Assembly (NCBI GenBank): GCA_964618635.1
Contig: CAZUDM010000010.1
Coordinates: forward strand, 24,279 to 88,278
Source of the DNA: an uncultured Spirochaetia bacterium
GTDB taxonomy: Bacteria; Desulfobacterota_D; UBA1144; Nemesobacterales; UBA2774
Direction of reading: 5' to 3'
Length of the DNA: 64,000 nt
Shown here: positions 61,535-64,000 of the stretch, piece after piece
How positions within the stretch are numbered: the stretch's first letter is position 1
How the letters are laid out: the number at the start of each line of letters is the position of its first letter
Made by a program: the position numbers and the translations under genes
The notes under the pieces: generated by a model
Told to the model about the DNA's origin: nothing
The model's database searches: none
The model's input: only the letters and a program-made list of their open reading frames with translations

Positions 61535-62668
61535 TTATGGGAACATCCCCTGAAGCCCGAGGGCTTCGGTTTCGGGGAACCCGAGCATCAGATTCATATT
61601 TTGCACCGCCTGACCGGACGCCCCTTTTACGAGATTGTCGAGGGATACGACGGTCGTTATGACACCCCCTTTTATCGTGACTCCTATACCGCACAGATTC
61701 GTATATTTCGTATCCTTGATGTCGGGGAGCTTCCCCTCGGCATATACGCGTATGAAAGGCTCGTTTCTGTAAAATTCCCTGAATGCATCGAGCACCCGGC
61801 CCGCATCCGCTTCGGATTTCAGCCGGGCGTATATAGTCGTCAGTATGCCGCGGTTAACGGGGATATTGTGGGGTACGAATGTTATGCCCACCTCCCTCCC
61901 GGCGACGAAAGAGAGCACCTCCTCCATCTCCGGGCCCTGGTGTGAAGCAGCCCCTGGATTGAGGCGCGCATTCTCGTTCGATTCGGGGAAGTGGTGCTCA
62001 AGCGATGGGGCCCTTCCCGCCCCGGATTCTCCGGATTTTGCGTCAGCAATTATGGAGGTTTCCTTTATCAGACCTTCCCTCAGAAGGGGCAGGAGCCCGA
62101 GTATCACGCCCGTCGCATAGCACCCGGGATTTGCAACGAGGCGAGCGTTTCTGATATCACTCCTCGATATTTCGGGGATGCCGTAAACAGCATCGTCTAT
62201 GTATTGAGGCATCCTGTGTTTCGCGCTATAAAGGCTTTCGTAAAGGTCTGCGCTCCTGAACCTGAAGTCGGCGCTGAAATCTATTACACGGACTCCTTCG
62301 CCAAGAAGCCTGCCCGTGAAATGCATCGCAGTCCCGTGGGGAAGGCAGGAGAAGACGAGCTCAACCCCGGGCAGACTTTTTAATGCGGATACGCTCTGGC
62401 ATTCGAGCCCGCAAAACCCCCTGAGCCCCGGAAAGACGTCGCCGATATTCTGACCCGCAAACTTTTCCGATGTCAGCCACTTGACTGAAACTCCGGGATG
62501 GCGTAGAAGAATCCGGAGGAGCTCGGAGCCCGTGTAACCCGTCGCACCAAGAATGCCAACGCTTTTTTCAGACAATGCATCACCTCTCGACGAGTCTTTC
62601 TCCGAACGGCTGTTCAGACCGACCCGCCCACTAATACTATAGTAAATAAACACATTCCGAAAAATCAA
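61535..62668 (-). CDS. argC: N-acetyl-gamma-glutamyl-phosphate reductase (ArgC, type 1).
   Basis: GATGYTGSELLRIL NAD-binding N-terminus and active-site ANPGCYATG. The true start may lie a few codons inside the ORF. Confidence 0.8.
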   Translation of the reverse strand: MIFRNVFIYYSISGRVGLNSRSEKDSSRGDALSEKSVGILGATGYTGSELLRILLRHPGVSVKWLTSEKFAGQNIGDVFPGLRGFCGLECQSVSALKSLPGVELVFSCLPHGTAMHFTGRLLGEGVRVIDFSADFRFRSADLYESLYSAKHRMPQYIDDAVYGIPEISRSDIRNARLVANPGCYATGVILGLLPLLREGLIKETSIIADAKSGESGAGRAPSLEHHFPESNENARLNPGAASHQGPEMEEVLSFVAGREVGITFVPHNIPVNRGILTTIYARLKSEADAGRVLDAFREFYRNEPFIRVYAEGKLPDIKDTKYTNLCGIGVTIKGGVITTVVSLDNLVKGASGQAVQNMNLMLGFPETEALGLQGMFP

Positions 62669-62936
62669 ACCCGGGCCGGCCGAAAATCATAGCCGCTATG
62701 AAATGGCCGGGCCAATTCGGATGCCGCGAAATGAATGGACCTGCCCCGGGAGCACTTCCACGGGCGGCGGCCAACCGTATCTTCAAGTAGTCGATCCACA
62801 GGCCCGACTGTCAGTATTTTTTCGACAGGACGCAAGAAACCCTATATAAAAATCAAGCGTTTCCGGTTAATATTGAAATAATATTTGCTGTGTATAGAAG
62901 ACGGCTATACCCAACATATGCATGGAGGATAGGATC

Positions 62937-63803
62937 ATGGTTAAATTTCTGAATAAACATTCATTCCTGTTAATTCTGCTTTTAATTACATCGTTTATAT
63001 CATACGGTTTCTGGGGCTGCGGCGACGATGGCGGTGGCGGCGGAAATAACAGAACCAGGATAAACGGCACGGTTCTCCAGGTCATAGACGGCCCGGTCTC
63101 GGACATAAGAGTGAGCATCTTCGAAAACAACAGGAGAAAACAGTCCACGCGGACGAACCAGTTCGGGGAATTCAACCTCAGGTTCAAGCCTGATTTCAAC
63201 ACGGTCAGAATCGAATTCGAAGGGCCCGACTACACACTTTCGAGAATCATATCCGTCACGAGGGACAGCGACGTCGAATTCGACGTCATACTGCAGACGT
63301 CCCCCGGCGCGATATTCGTCGAGAACTGGGCGGTATTCCAGAATCGCATACGAGCCAACGGCTTTGACGAGGTACTCTTCGATTCCCTCGAAGCCGACTT
63401 CAACATAGACGGGAACGGAAACGACTGCATAAGCGTCAAGGGCGACGCAAGGGTCGAAATCGCTGCCCGTAACGTAACACTCATCGACTGCAGGGAAGGC
63501 ATCCACGCCGAGAACTTCGGTCTCGTCCTTCTCGAAGCCGACGAAGACATAAGCGTAAGCGCCAATCGGGACGGCATAAGGACTAACAACAACACGTTCG
63601 TGAGGCTGGCCAGAACGGTCACACCGGTGGACAACAACATATTCATAACGTCGCTCAGGGAAAACGGCATAAGGGCCTCCGGATCTTCTGCGGTCGAGAT
63701 AGACCCGCAGAACGAATGCACCATAAGCGGCGCGAAATCGGCAATCGATCAAAGTGGAACGTCGAACGTGAACCCGAGCAGTTGTACGCTTATCGACGGA
63801 TAG
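62937..63803 (+). CDS. Putative lipoprotein with a carboxypeptidase-regulatory-like beta-sandwich and a possible beta-helix region.
   Basis: Signal peptide plus lipobox (FWGC), then a poly-Gly segment. INGTVLQVIDGPVSDIRVSIFENN resembles the CarbopepD_reg fold, followed by repeated N/D-rich beta segments. Confidence 0.55.
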   Translation: MVKFLNKHSFLLILLLITSFISYGFWGCGDDGGGGGNNRTRINGTVLQVIDGPVSDIRVSIFENNRRKQSTRTNQFGEFNLRFKPDFNTVRIEFEGPDYTLSRIISVTRDSDVEFDVILQTSPGAIFVENWAVFQNRIRANGFDEVLFDSLEADFNIDGNGNDCISVKGDARVEIAARNVTLIDCREGIHAENFGLVLLEADEDISVSANRDGIRTNNNTFVRLARTVTPVDNNIFITSLRENGIRASGSSAVEIDPQNECTISGAKSAIDQSGTSNVNPSSCTLIDG

Positions 63804-63840
63804 AAGATTTATTCACACACGCATACGAACCGGCAAGAGC

Positions 63841-64000
63841 TAGTGCGCTTCGGCCCAGTTCTTGCCGGTCCCCATTTCTACGATAACAGGGACTTTCAGC
63901 TCCCACGCCCCTTCCATCTCAGACTTCACCATGCGGGAAAGCGCTTCGACCTCGTCTTCAGGGACCTCGAAAAGAAGCTCGTCGTGCACCTGTAGTATCA
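63841..64000 (-). CDS. polA: DNA polymerase I, C-terminal end. The gene is truncated by the window edge.
   Basis: The reverse-strand translation ends ...LQVHDELLFEVPEDEVEA...VPVIVEMGTGKNWAEAH*, which is the canonical Pol I C-terminus. Confidence 0.75.

Overview
This window is a high-GC, gene-dense bacterial chromosomal segment with about 58 protein-coding genes. No rRNA, intact tRNA, CRISPR array or obvious mobile element was found. Its core is a complete, tightly coupled division/cell-wall (dcw) cluster on the minus strand: mraZ-rsmH-ftsL-ftsI-murE-murF-mraY-murD-ftsW-murG-murC-murB-ftsQ-ftsA-ftsZ (7554..24130). Several junctions overlap by 4 nt (ATGA). There is no ddl between murB and ftsQ. 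A recognisable MraZ operator/promoter lies directly upstream of mraZ, and murJ is transcribed divergently. Flanking housekeeping genes are dnaE, ftsY, ribD, nadD, rsfS, aroQ, recJ, gcvT-gcvH-gcvP, def, glnB-glnA (with a sigma-54 type promoter), an orphan nuoJ-nuoK-nuoL module, nth, a sigma-70 family factor, argC and the polA 3' end. Accessory or unusual content: (1) a secreted GH5 endoglucanase with a TSP3-like Ca-binding motif and two tandem CBM2-like modules joined by a Pro/Thr linker; (2) an MshEN (c-di-GMP-binding GspE_N-like) domain joined to a CheY-like receiver through a roughly 240-aa acidic disordered linker, co-transcribed with a hypothetical protein; (3) a diadenylate cyclase (CdaA, DAC domain) fused to a transmembrane segment plus a YbbR (CdaR-like) domain; (4) a tight argC / acyl-AMP ligase / acyl carrier protein operon that resembles a disassembled carboxylic-acid-reductase module; (5) a His/Lys-rich secreted protein, a secreted acetolactate decarboxylase and cyclase pair, and several unannotatable hypothetical proteins. 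FtsA, FtsQ with a POTRA-like fold, a lipobox lipoprotein and Nuo subunits indicate a Gram-negative (diderm) non-actinobacterial lineage. All calls come from reading the translated ORFs and the raw sequence; no database search was possible.
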